Assembly (NCBI GenBank): GCA_964021785.1
Contig: CAXIAX010000006.1
Location: 1 to 53,830, forward strand
Origin: an uncultured Flavobacteriales bacterium
Lineage (GTDB): Bacteria; Bacteroidota; Bacteroidia; Flavobacteriales_D; CAJJDF01
DNA: 53,830 nt
Direction: 5' to 3'
The translations under genes and the position numbers were made by a program. Position 1 is the stretch's first letter. The number at the start of each line of letters is the position of its first letter. Below are positions 20,551-30,124 of this stretch, piece by piece. The notes below the pieces were generated by a model that was given only the letters and a program-made list of their open reading frames with translations, searched no databases and was not told the DNA's origin.

Positions 20551-23500
20551 TTAAAAATCAAACCCTACTTTAAACCCAATACTTCTTGCCGTAGGGTAAG
20601 ACATATCTTCCACCCCACTCACAAAGTTTTGACCTTGTACCGCAACTTGCTCCGGATCAAAGTGTGGTGTATTGCTAATTGCAAATAAATTTCTTCCTAT
20701 TACTGCAACCCTCAATGTTCTTCCATCTCTAAAGAAATTTGTTTTTTCATTTCCTCTAAAAGTATAACCAATAGAAAACTGCCTTAACTTAAGGTAAGAA
20801 GCATCCAATGTGTTATTTTCTTCGTGGTTTCTGTCGTAATATTGTCTGTAATAAGTTTCTGCAGATACTGCTGTCGTATTTTTTTCCCAAACTGGGCTTC
20901 CTTCTGTTCCCACATTCACTACTCCTTCCGCTACTATTCCTTCATCTGGCCTATATTCAGTTTCTTCTAACTGACCAGCAACACCTGCAAGAGCAAGTGT
21001 TCTCGATACCAAAACACCTCCTTGTCTCCAATCAAATAAGAAACCTAAATCCCAATTTTTGTAAGTAAAACTATTGTTGAAACCAATGATAAAATCTGGG
21101 TTGTAATTCCCTAACTTCTTTAGCGTATTATCCACCACATACTTTCCGTCTCCATCAATTACAAAATCACCATTTTCATTTTTCAAATATCCCGTACCAT
21201 ACATATCTCCCACTCTACCTCCTTGCTCTACCTGAAACCAAACTCTTTGATTCACATTATCATAAACTCCAGAATATGCCAAGGTCAATTTATCTACTCC
21301 TTCTGGCAATTCCTTAATCTCAGAAACATTTCTACTGAAATTTGTCCCTATATTCCATGTAAAATTCTTTCTTTTCATTACTTGAGCATCCAATAGAATT
21401 TCTAATCCTCTTGTATTTACTTTTCCTCCATTCACAACTTTTTCTGTTGCCCCAGATGAAATTGCTACGGGTAATGAAATAATTTGATTGCTTGTAGTGG
21501 CATTGTAATAAGTTACATCCAATCTTATTCTATTTTTAAAAAACCTTATATCTGTTCCTATTTCATAAGAAGTTGTTCTCTCTGGTAATAGATTATTATT
21601 CGCCAATAAATCTTGCGAAGCAAAAGTAGGTTGCGAGTTATAGGCAGTTTGTGCCACAAAAGCTGTAGAGGTTTGATATGGATCGGTATCATTTCCAACT
21701 GCAGCCCAATTGGCTCTTATTTTTGCAAAAGAAATGTATTTGGGCAGCTTAATTGTATTAGACAAAATATAACTAAGCGAAACTGAAGGGTAGAAAAAAG
21801 AAACATTTTCTGTAGAAATTGGAGTTGCCAATGCACTAGACCAATCGTTTCTTCCGGTAACATCTAAGTATAAAAAATCTTTGTATCCTACTCTTGCAAT
21901 TCCATACATGCTGTTTATTCTTTTTCTAAAAGTATATTGGTTGGCTTCTATTGGTGAAGCTGCATTGGATAAATTGAAAATACCTGGTTGAGCCAAAGAA
22001 AGAGTTTGTAATTGAGTATTACTTCCTTGTTGGTCCATTCGGTTTCCTCCGGCCGAAATATCAAATGTAAAATCATTAGCAATCTTAGTATAGTTAAGTA
22101 ATACATCTGTATTGTTTTCTCTAAAAAACACAGAGTGCTCTGCATAGGCTCCACTTCTAAATCTATTACTGCTGTAATTTCTTTTGAACTCTCGCAACTC
22201 GTTAGAATAATCCATTCCCGACCTCAACATAAGTTTCAAATTATCTGTAAAATTGTAGGTAGCCGCTATATTTCCATAAACTCTATCTCTGTTGAATGAG
22301 TTTGTATTCTCGTAAAGAATAAAATAAGGATTATCAAAATAAGTGTAATTAAAAGAATACTGTTCTATCCCTTCTAAACCGGGTTGCCAATAATCTTTCA
22401 TGTTTTCTATATTCAATGATCTTGGTCCCCAAGCTACCAAGGAATAATTAATATTTTCTGACCCATAACCGTTAGATGGCCTATTGTCACTCCTAGAGTT
22501 TACATAATTAATAGAGGTGGTAACTTTTAACTTATTGGTAGGATTAAAATTAAGTTTAGCTGCAAAATTATTTCTATCCAGATTCACTCCTGGAATAAAA
22601 GAAGTGCTTCTTAAATCTGTGAAGGAAAAACGATAATTTCCTTTATCAAAACTATTTTCTAAGGCAATATTATTCATTAACGTAACTCCAAATCCATAGA
22701 AATTTTTTAAATTATCGGGATTAGAATTAAAGTCTGTAGGAGTAATTGGCAAACCTCCATGCACTGCAATATCTCCTCCTCTTACTTGCGTTCCATCTGC
22801 CAAATACACAGGACTATCATATTGTGCTATTTTCAAGCCTGCATCTAATCTTGGGCCCCAACTGTAAGATATATTATCATTTACTCCTCCTCCAAGTCCA
22901 TCTACATAAGTAAACTGACCCGAATTTCCTTGACCATAAGTGTTTTGAAATTTTGGTAAACGAAATGGTGTTTCTATAAACGTAGAAGAATTTATTGAAA
23001 CGCCCAATCCTTTGCTGCTTTTACCGTTCTTAGTGGTAATTAATATCACACCATTAGATGCTCTTGTACCATACAAAGCAGCAGCACTTGGCCCTTTCAA
23101 TACCGATACCGATTCTATATCATCTGAATTAATAGACATAGCTCCATTTCCAAAATCTACCTCTTGAAAACCTGCCGCAGCATCTGTCGTAAAATTATTG
23201 ACTGAATTGTTGTTGATTGGGATTCCATCCACAACAAAAAGTGGATTATTATTGGTGAAAGAAGATTCTCCTCTTAGTGTGATTTTTGAAGTAGAACCAA
23301 CTCCTGTAGGACCTTGGCTAATTGTTAAACCGGCTACCTTACCGGCTAAATTATCTACAAAATTTACCGATTTTACATCCGAAATTTCTTTAGACTCAAC
23401 AATCTCTATAGCGTATCCCAATTTTTCTTCTTGGCTCTCTTGACCCAATGCCGTAATCACAGTTTCTCTTAATAGTACACCATTTTCTTTAAGCGATACA

Positions 23501-23766
23501 TTAAGTATTGTGTTTCCGTTTACTGCAATGGTATCAGAAAAGAAACCTAGACTTCTAAACACCAAAATTGCATCTGTAGCCACTGTAATTTGATACTCTC
23601 CATTCTCATTGGCTATTGTACTTGTTTTGGTTGTTTTCTCATACACCAAAGCTGCAGGAATAGGCTCAGAGGTTTCTGCATCTATCACTGTACCTGTTAC
23701 GGTAACTTGTGCACTTAGTAGTTGAGTAAAGAAAAGTAAACATATCCAGTAATATTTTTTCATCAA
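20551..23766 (-). CDS. SusC/RagA TonB-dependent transporter
   Basis: PLFVVDGIP, SVLKGPSAAALYGTRASNGVILITTK signature; C-terminal Phe; followed by susD. Confidence 0.95.
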   Translation of the reverse strand: MMKKYYWICLLFFTQLLSAQVTVTGTVIDAETSEPIPAALVYEKTTKTSTIANENGEYQITVATDAILVFRSLGFFSDTIAVNGNTILNVSLKENGVLLRETVITALGQESQEEKLGYAIEIVESKEISDVKSVNFVDNLAGKVAGLTISQGPTGVGSTSKITLRGESSFTNNNPLFVVDGIPINNNSVNNFTTDAAAGFQEVDFGNGAMSINSDDIESVSVLKGPSAAALYGTRASNGVILITTKNGKSSKGLGVSINSSTFIETPFRLPKFQNTYGQGNSGQFTYVDGLGGGVNDNISYSWGPRLDAGLKIAQYDSPVYLADGTQVRGGDIAVHGGLPITPTDFNSNPDNLKNFYGFGVTLMNNIALENSFDKGNYRFSFTDLRSTSFIPGVNLDRNNFAAKLNFNPTNKLKVTTSINYVNSRSDNRPSNGYGSENINYSLVAWGPRSLNIENMKDYWQPGLEGIEQYSFNYTYFDNPYFILYENTNSFNRDRVYGNIAATYNFTDNLKLMLRSGMDYSNELREFKRNYSSNRFRSGAYAEHSVFFRENNTDVLLNYTKIANDFTFDISAGGNRMDQQGSNTQLQTLSLAQPGIFNLSNAASPIEANQYTFRKRINSMYGIARVGYKDFLYLDVTGRNDWSSALATPISTENVSFFYPSVSLSYILSNTIKLPKYISFAKIRANWAAVGNDTDPYQTSTAFVAQTAYNSQPTFASQDLLANNNLLPERTTSYEIGTDIRFFKNRIRLDVTYYNATTSNQIISLPVAISSGATEKVVNGGKVNTRGLEILLDAQVMKRKNFTWNIGTNFSRNVSEIKELPEGVDKLTLAYSGVYDNVNQRVWFQVEQGGRVGDMYGTGYLKNENGDFVIDGDGKYVVDNTLKKLGNYNPDFIIGFNNSFTYKNWDLGFLFDWRQGGVLVSRTLALAGVAGQLEETEYRPDEGIVAEGVVNVGTEGSPVWEKNTTAVSAETYYRQYYDRNHEENNTLDASYLKLRQFSIGYTFRGNEKTNFFRDGRTLRVAVIGRNLFAISNTPHFDPEQVAVQGQNFVSGVEDMSYPTARSIGFKVGFDF

Positions 23767-23827
23767 AAATTAATTAGGGGCGGCAGTTAGTATGATTGGT
23801 AAAGGGAAATAGTCGCACAACCTTATT

Positions 23828-23835
23828 CAAACTTA
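23828..23835 (-). promoter_or_regulatory. -7 promoter element for the susC operon
   Basis: TAAGTTTG on minus strand about 60 bp upstream of the susC start. Confidence 0.55.
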
Positions 23836-23914
23836 CGAAAACGAATAGATATTGGATTGAAATGAAAAGAATAAACAAATCTAGATTATCACTTAGTTTT
23901 CATTCGTTAGAGAA

Positions 23915-24628
23915 TTAAAAAGTAGTATTATCTATTTTAATTTTGTAAATACTTGATTCATTAAATTTTAAATATGAATCTTTATTAAATTTATCGTACA
24001 CGGCTTTTGGTATTCCAAGATCTGCGACATACAAATGTGTCCTTTTTAATTGAGGCAAAAAGAAAATCTCTTTTGGTGCCGCAAGAGATAATACTGCAGT
24101 AGGTTCAAAATACTGTGTGCTATTTTCATCAAACAGGCCTGTGGGTAAATCAAGGCTTATTTTTACACAAGGAATCTTATTGCTATACTCTATAAATTCA
24201 ACTATGTTATTCCTTAGTGGCGGCTTTTGAGAAAACCCTAACATTGCATCCACTATTAGTTGTGGACTCCCTTCTGGTAATTCATTGATGACTCCAAACT
24301 TTATAGCTCTTTCAAATTGCTTTGCAGGCAGTCCCTTCAGATTATTGCTTATCAATTTTATATGCACTTTGTATCCCCAAGCAGCTAAACGTCTTGCGGC
24401 TACACTTCCCCCTCCTCCATTATTTCCCGAACCTACCAATATAACTACTGGAAGACTTTTATCTATCGTGTATTTAGATACTAATTTTGCAAGATGAAGC
24501 CCTGCGTTTTCCATCATTAACTCTATAGGCAAATCGTAATTTTCTACTGCATAATAATCCATTTCTCTAAATTTATCAAGACTTAGAGATTGATCTCTTC
24601 TTATACTTATTTCAGGATATAAAAACAT
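23915..24628 (-). CDS. nnrE: Stand-alone NAD(P)H-hydrate epimerase (YjeF N-terminal domain)
   Basis: MMENAG, GSGNNGGGG, IVDAMLG, SLDLPTG, ADLGIP; no dehydratase domain; start set at ATG 24628. Confidence 0.85.
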   Translation of the reverse strand: MFLYPEISIRRDQSLSLDKFREMDYYAVENYDLPIELMMENAGLHLAKLVSKYTIDKSLPVVILVGSGNNGGGGSVAARRLAAWGYKVHIKLISNNLKGLPAKQFERAIKFGVINELPEGSPQLIVDAMLGFSQKPPLRNNIVEFIEYSNKIPCVKISLDLPTGLFDENSTQYFEPTAVLSLAAPKEIFFLPQLKRTHLYVADLGIPKAVYDKFNKDSYLKFNESSIYKIKIDNTTF

Positions 24629-24658
24629 TTTGTTGTTGTTTAGATTCAAGGAAAGGGC

Positions 24659-25144
24659 CTATTCTGTGAATTTGAAATTATATATCACACCAAGAGAAAA
24701 AGTGCTTTGACTTAATTCTCCCGTGATATATTTATACTCAATAAAGGGCATGAAATTTTTAACCTCCAAATGCATTCCGGCTCCAATTGCTGCTCCCATA
24801 GCTTTGTTGGTATGTGTATATCCTAAATATTCACTTTCTTCTACACTATAATTAATTCCAAGTAATGGATACAAGCCTACTTCTTCTTTTATTTCGAAAA
24901 TGTAATGAACCACAAAACCATATTCATTAAGCTGAATTGATTCACTACCGTGAGTTACCTTAGGGAAGTAAGAAAATTCTGGACCAAAGCATATTTGTTC
25001 GTTTAATCCGTAATAAACTCTAGCATTCACTCCTACTTGCTCTATATCCGTTCCGTAAATTCCTCCTGCACCTACCATTATAGATTGAGAACTAGAAACA
25101 TAAGACTGAACTAAAAACAGTAAAAGTGTTGCATATTTTATCAT
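24659..25144 (-). CDS. Small outer-membrane beta-barrel protein
   Basis: Signal peptide, alternating amphipathic beta strands, ends GVIYNFKF; ATGA overlap with upstream gene. Confidence 0.75.
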   Translation of the reverse strand: MIKYATLLLFLVQSYVSSSQSIMVGAGGIYGTDIEQVGVNARVYYGLNEQICFGPEFSYFPKVTHGSESIQLNEYGFVVHYIFEIKEEVGLYPLLGINYSVEESEYLGYTHTNKAMGAAIGAGMHLEVKNFMPFIEYKYITGELSQSTFSLGVIYNFKFTE

Positions 25145-25893
25145 GAGTTAAATTTGCTTTTAGCTTCATTTAAAAACACGAGTGCATTTTCTACTTCAAT
25201 GTTTGTTGAAGCCAAAGTAGCTCCATTCCAATCGGATCTCCATTCACCCACTTTCATTTCTCCGAAGTTTTTGGTTACTATTCCGTTTCCATTTTTATAC
25301 CCAGAGGCATAAAAATAAAAATCATCTACCAGTGAATCTGGTATTGCCAAACCAGCTCCCATAAATGTATTCTCGGATTCTAATTCGGCATAGATTCCTA
25401 AATCAAAATGATGTGGCCATACTCTTATTGGTGATTCTAACTTCTGTTTTGCCAAAAACTGTTCGAATGTATTTTGAGCTTTAGTTAATTCATTAGAAAT
25501 TTTCAATAAATCTTTAGAATCTAAGGAATAAGTGTAATCCTTAGTCACTTCATCATACGGTAATTCATAATGAAAACTATATGAATAAGCCTGTGAGATA
25601 TTGTTTTGTTTGGCTTGATCAGAAATCCAAAGAACAATTTCGTTATGGTTTTTTGAGTTTAGCTCAATATCACTTGTAACACTTCCATTGTTTAACCACT
25701 CAATTTTGGCTGTATTTAAGTTTACTCCCAATTGATTTTTATCTCCAAAAACATGAGTTTCCATTCTATTCTCAGCTTTATTCCAACCTACATTGGTATG
25801 GCTATCGTCCGATTTTTTTTCAAGAAAGCTAATCCCTGCGGCAGCTAAATATTGTGCTGCTTGGTGTAAATTTTGTATTGTTTGTTTCATCAT
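25141..25893 (-). CDS. Conserved hypothetical protein (DUF5996-like)
   Basis: DDSHTN, VWPHHFDLG and PD..YFYASGY motifs; TAATG coupling to upstream gene. Confidence 0.6.
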   Translation of the reverse strand: MMKQTIQNLHQAAQYLAAAGISFLEKKSDDSHTNVGWNKAENRMETHVFGDKNQLGVNLNTAKIEWLNNGSVTSDIELNSKNHNEIVLWISDQAKQNNISQAYSYSFHYELPYDEVTKDYTYSLDSKDLLKISNELTKAQNTFEQFLAKQKLESPIRVWPHHFDLGIYAELESENTFMGAGLAIPDSLVDDFYFYASGYKNGNGIVTKNFGEMKVGEWRSDWNGATLASTNIEVENALVFLNEAKSKFNS

Positions 25894-27509
25894 TATTTTA
25901 TAAATCCTGCGTAATTAATTCCTGTTAAATAATACATCTCTCTACTAAGCGTAGACAAATCATCTTTATTAAATTGACTAATATCACTATAGCCACATGC
26001 ACGAGCAATGATTTTAATAAGGTCATTAGACGAATTAAAAAATCGTTCTAATCTTTTTGCCGCTAGGTTTATTTCTATTCTTTGCCTCAGATTTTCTTTT
26101 TGAGTAGCTATTCCAACTGGGCAATTATTGGTACTACAAGCTCTCATTCCTAAACAACCTATTGCTTGCAATGCAGAATTAGAGACGGCTATAGCATCCG
26201 CTCCTAACATAAGTGCCTTAGCAAAATCATCTGCAATTCTTAATCCTCCAGTAATAACTAACGAAACGTCTTTAACTCCTTGATCATCCATAAACTTTCT
26301 AGCCCTTGCTAATGCTGGAATGGTAGGGACATTAATGTTGTTTTTCAAAATATCTGGAGCTGCTCCTGTTCCTCCACCTCTTCCATCAAGAATAATATAA
26401 TCTGCCCCTGCCTCTAGAGCAAAAGCTAAATCTTTTTCTAAATGACTAGCCGCCAGTTTAAATCCAATTGGGACTCCTCCAGAAATCTCTCTTACTTTAT
26501 CACCAAATCTTCTGAAATCTGCAGCTGTTTTTAAATCGGGATCCGTAAAAGTAGCTGGAGATATAGCCGAAACTCCTTCTTTCAACCCTCTCACTTTTGC
26601 AATTTCGCCTTGTACTTTATTTCCTGGCAAATGACCGCCTGTTCCTGTTTTTGCTCCTTGTCCTCCTTTAAAATGAAATGCTTGAATATTCTCTAATTTA
26701 TCCCAAGAAAAGCCAAATTTGGCTGAAGCTAATTCGTATAGGTATTTAGAATTTTCCGCTTTTTCATCCGGTAACATACCTCCTTCACCAGAACATATTC
26801 CTGTTCCAGCCAATTCAGCTCCTTTTGATAAGGCTATTTTTGCTTCTCTTGATAAAGCCCCAAAACTCATATCTGATACAAACATTGGAATATCAAGTAT
26901 TAATGGTTTTTTGGCCCTTGGTCCAATTACTACTTTTGTAGATACTGAATCTTCATCCAACAAGGGCTTATTTGCCATTTGAGCAGGTAAAAACTGAATG
27001 TCTTCCCATTTTGGAAGGGTATTTCTATCTACTCCCATAGAAGAAGTAAATCCATGTTTCCCTACATTTTTCAATCCATTAGCTGCCAATTCTTTTATAT
27101 AACCTGTATAAGGTTCTGTGTCTTCGGGATGGGTATCTGCATAAGCTCCTTGGTAATCATCTCTATTAAATGCAGGTGGATTTTTAACTTTAAAAGCATC
27201 AATTTCTTCCAAGTCAACACATAAGTCATCTCCTACCACATGGGCAGTAAATTTATTAAGTACTTCCTTATTGTTATACTCACTAACCCCAGTATCGTAT
27301 CTATAATCCCATCCGTGCAAACCACAAATTAAATTCTCACCATCAAGATGGCCATCTGCCATTAATGCTCCCCTGTGAAGGCATCTTCCATACAGAATAG
27401 AATAATCATTTTCATATTTCACAACTACAAGATCTATCTCATTAACTAATGCATGAGTTGGTGTTTTTTCTTCAATTTCACTAAGTTTTAGTATAGGTTT
27501 TATGTTCAT
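25893..27509 (-). CDS. Rieske [2Fe-2S] domain fused to FMN-binding glutamate synthase-like domain
   Basis: Rieske CLH..CGLH; MSFGALS, SGEGG, GQGAKTG, DGRGGGTGA; CLGMRACSTNNC cluster motif; no amidotransferase domain; start set at MNIKP. Confidence 0.88.
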   Translation of the reverse strand: MNIKPILKLSEIEEKTPTHALVNEIDLVVVKYENDYSILYGRCLHRGALMADGHLDGENLICGLHGWDYRYDTGVSEYNNKEVLNKFTAHVVGDDLCVDLEEIDAFKVKNPPAFNRDDYQGAYADTHPEDTEPYTGYIKELAANGLKNVGKHGFTSSMGVDRNTLPKWEDIQFLPAQMANKPLLDEDSVSTKVVIGPRAKKPLILDIPMFVSDMSFGALSREAKIALSKGAELAGTGICSGEGGMLPDEKAENSKYLYELASAKFGFSWDKLENIQAFHFKGGQGAKTGTGGHLPGNKVQGEIAKVRGLKEGVSAISPATFTDPDLKTAADFRRFGDKVREISGGVPIGFKLAASHLEKDLAFALEAGADYIILDGRGGGTGAAPDILKNNINVPTIPALARARKFMDDQGVKDVSLVITGGLRIADDFAKALMLGADAIAVSNSALQAIGCLGMRACSTNNCPVGIATQKENLRQRIEINLAAKRLERFFNSSNDLIKIIARACGYSDISQFNKDDLSTLSREMYYLTGINYAGFIK

Positions 27510-27646
27510 ATAACTGGTTTTTGAACTAGTAAGATAGAGGAGAATAATTTTAATCCTTTTAAAAAACTCATTTATTTTTACCAAACATACTCTAGCCGAC
27601 ATATCCACAATGTATACTTCTTATATATTTTCATTAGATTAGTGAC

Positions 27647-28321
27647 ATGAACAAAAACGCTAAATATTGGTTTCTTGAAAACTTTGATTTCATGAAGAAG
27701 CTAGGAAAAAATGATTTAATGAAATTATCTGATTCATTAGAAATGGTTTATTTAAAGAAGGGAGATTTAATTCAGTATTCACAAAAACCTGATCAATTAG
27801 TCATATTTCTAAAAAAAGGATCTGTTAAAATAGTAAATCGCTCAACAGAGGCTGTCAAATATATAATTGGAGAAGGAAATGTTTTTGGCGTATTGAATTT
27901 GAATGAAAACAATATCGACCCCGTATCCGAAGAAGTAGCAATTTGTCTTGAAGAGACTATGATTTGTTACATCCCCAAAGAAGAAATGAGAAGTATTTTA
28001 AAGGAATATCCATCTTTAAAAAACTCAATCATAAAAATTCAATCTTTAAGAATTAATAGACTAGAAAGAAGACTGTCGGACTTATTATACAAATCTAGCA
28101 ACTTACGAATAAAAGAGTTCATTTATTCATTCGCTAAAAACTATGGCCAGAAAAATGGAAAAATCATCCATGTAAAAAACACTCTTACCCATAAGGATAT
28201 AGCTCACCTTACCAACACATCTAGACAAACAGTAAACAATGTAATCTCTAAAATGAGAAAGCAAGGAGAGATTGAATACTCCAGAAAAGAAATAACAATA
28301 CTAATTGACTTTGGTGCATAA
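27647..28321 (+). CDS. Crp/Fnr-family transcriptional regulator
   Basis: cNMP-like domain (LKKGSVKI..GNVFG) and HTH LTHKDIAHLTNTSRQTVN. Confidence 0.92.
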   Translation: MNKNAKYWFLENFDFMKKLGKNDLMKLSDSLEMVYLKKGDLIQYSQKPDQLVIFLKKGSVKIVNRSTEAVKYIIGEGNVFGVLNLNENNIDPVSEEVAICLEETMICYIPKEEMRSILKEYPSLKNSIIKIQSLRINRLERRLSDLLYKSSNLRIKEFIYSFAKNYGQKNGKIIHVKNTLTHKDIAHLTNTSRQTVNNVISKMRKQGEIEYSRKEITILIDFGA

Positions 28322-28414
28322 ACAGATTAAAAAATAATCTGTAATCAACTAACATAAATCTTGTTACAACTAAAAAAAAGAAAAAATCGTCTTCATTTAA
28401 TTTCTTATTAAAAC

Positions 28415-28453
28415 AAAAAAAATCCCTTCACACTTTCGTGGAAGGGATTTTTT
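28415..28453. terminator. Bidirectional intrinsic terminator between crp and tRNA-Phe
   Basis: AAAAAATCCCTTC..GAAGGGATTTTTT inverted repeat. Confidence 0.8.
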
Positions 28454-28457
28454 ATAC

Positions 28458-28533
28458 TGGTGGTGCCTCCAGGAATCGAACCAGGGACACATGGATTTTC
28501 AGTCCATTGCTCTACCAACTGAGCTAAGGCACC
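28458..28533 (-). tRNA. tRNA-Phe (GAA)
   Basis: Minus strand GGTGCCTTAGCTCAGTTGGTAGAGCAATGGACTGAAAATCCATGTGTCCCTGGTTCGATTCCTGGAGGCACCACCA; 76 nt, GAA anticodon, encoded CCA. Confidence 0.98.
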
Positions 28534-28548
28534 AGCCTTAATCGGATG

Positions 28549-28579
28549 CAAATATATACTTTTTTTTATTTAACACAAA
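28549..28579 (-). promoter_or_regulatory. Consensus Bacteroidota promoter for tRNA-Phe
   Basis: TTTG-N19-TATATTTG on minus strand, 15 bp upstream of the tRNA. Confidence 0.8.
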
Positions 28580-28704
28580 GAATTCTAGATTAGTTTTGAA
28601 AAAAAAGTGATTTTAAAGAAAAAACTAAGAAAAATAGGCCTTACCGAAGGATATATAATATTATTTAGTCTAAGAGTTATAAAACAACTTTAAAACTAAA
28701 CAAA

Positions 28705-29538
28705 ATGAATTTATTTAAGACTTTAATATTTTCGTCTTTAGCTCTTTCACTAGCTACTATTTCTTGTAAAAAAGAGGATGAAACAGAAGACTGTTCGACA
28801 ACTTCATCTACGGCATCTTGCTCAACACTGCACAGTGCTTTTGCAGAATTTGATGACACAAACTTTACCATATATATGGATGGAAATGAAGTTGTAATTG
28901 AAACTAACGGATTACCAAATCACACATCTCCTTATTGGTCTAATACAACTTCTAGATCTACAACAGACCCAATGGGGAATACACTAACTACTGTTTCTTC
29001 ATCCAACCATCCTCTATGGGTTGCCGCTACAGTAACTACTAATGCAGATATGGCCCCAGGAAACATTGATGATTTTTCGGGATCTTACACCTTAAGAGTT
29101 CCTTGTTCACCAGAAAAAGCTACAACTTCTAGCACAACCGGATTAGGGCCTATAGGATTAGCCATAAGTGGATCTACTATATATAATGATGAAGAAGGTG
29201 CTGGTATTGCACTAAGTGCTGCTGCAGGATCTTTAGATTATTCTGGTGCACACACAGGACCGCAAAGTTACCACTATCACCTAGAGCCACATGCTTGGTC
29301 TAATGATGACGAAAATTTAATTGGAATTATATCTGATGGATTCTTTTTATACGGAAGGAAATGCAACTCAACAGGAACTTACCCAACAGATTTGGATGTT
29401 TCTGGAGGACATACAAGTACAACACAGCATACAACCAGTTCTGAATATCATTATCATATTCAAAACACATTGTACATAAACCAATACTATATTTTATTCC
29501 CAGGTGATTATCAAGGAACTCCTAATGCGATTAACTAA
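28705..29538 (+). CDS. YHYH-domain lipoprotein
   Basis: Lipobox TISC; TNGLPNH, GPIGLAISG, two YHYH motifs, DGFFLYG, LDVSGGH. Confidence 0.88.
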   Translation: MNLFKTLIFSSLALSLATISCKKEDETEDCSTTSSTASCSTLHSAFAEFDDTNFTIYMDGNEVVIETNGLPNHTSPYWSNTTSRSTTDPMGNTLTTVSSSNHPLWVAATVTTNADMAPGNIDDFSGSYTLRVPCSPEKATTSSTTGLGPIGLAISGSTIYNDEEGAGIALSAAAGSLDYSGAHTGPQSYHYHLEPHAWSNDDENLIGIISDGFFLYGRKCNSTGTYPTDLDVSGGHTSTTQHTTSSEYHYHIQNTLYINQYYILFPGDYQGTPNAIN

Positions 29539-30124
29539 TATAACTTTACTCTTTTTATTGCTATTTTCTTCCTGTATGGAAGGAAGTAGTAATGAAAAAA
29601 GTGACCTAAAAACTTCTATTCTTTCTAATAAAGTTTCTAAAAAAGAACTTTACTTAGACAAAGACAAAGGAATTGTATACCATAATAAAATTCCTTTTTC
29701 CGGAATATCTGTATTGAAATATGGAAACGGAATTTTGGCCGAAACCATAATGTATATTGATGGCCGTAAACAATATGAAACTAAAAAATGGTTTTATAAT
29801 GGCCGTATGAGTTACATTACCCACTATTTGGATGGCAAGCAGAATGGTGTTTCTAAAACTTGGTGGAAAAACGGAATTCTAAGAACAGAGGCGACTTATA
29901 AAAATGGAAAAGTTCACGGAGTACAAAAACAATGGTACAAAAGCGGTAAGATTTTCAAAGAAATGAATATTGAAAACGGAAAAGAAGTTGGGCTACAAAG
30001 AGCTTGGCGAGAAAACGGTAAAATTTACAATAATTACGAAGCTAAAAACGGACGTATTTTTGGATTAAAAAGATCCAAACTATGTTTTAAATTACAAGAA
30101 GAAGATGTTAAAAACGATAATTAA
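29525..30124 (+). CDS. MORN-variant repeat (YwqK-like) lipoprotein
   Basis: Repeats such as GKQNGVSKTWWKNG and GKVHGVQKQWYKSG; lipobox FSSC; start set at MRLTN. Confidence 0.82.
   Translation: MRLTNITLLFLLLFSSCMEGSSNEKSDLKTSILSNKVSKKELYLDKDKGIVYHNKIPFSGISVLKYGNGILAETIMYIDGRKQYETKKWFYNGRMSYITHYLDGKQNGVSKTWWKNGILRTEATYKNGKVHGVQKQWYKSGKIFKEMNIENGKEVGLQRAWRENGKIYNNYEAKNGRIFGLKRSKLCFKLQEEDVKNDN

Noticed and set aside
23767-23914. Riboswitch upstream of susC
   Set aside because: The predicted leader is only about 55 nt and no TPP, cobalamin, SAM or FMN consensus is recognisable
27586-27601. Crp-type operator between crp and the Rieske operon (CATACTCTAGCCGACA)
   Set aside because: Only one plausible half-site and no palindrome; cannot be supported without comparative data
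28643-28674. ECF promoter upstream of the YHYH gene (GTCTAAG)
   Set aside because: The -10-like GTCTA is present but there is no TAAACC at N16, so it does not match the window's ECF motif
29525-30124. Toxin-antitoxin system implied by YwqK-like repeats
   Set aside because: No toxin gene nearby; the protein is a lipoprotein between YHYH and SCO
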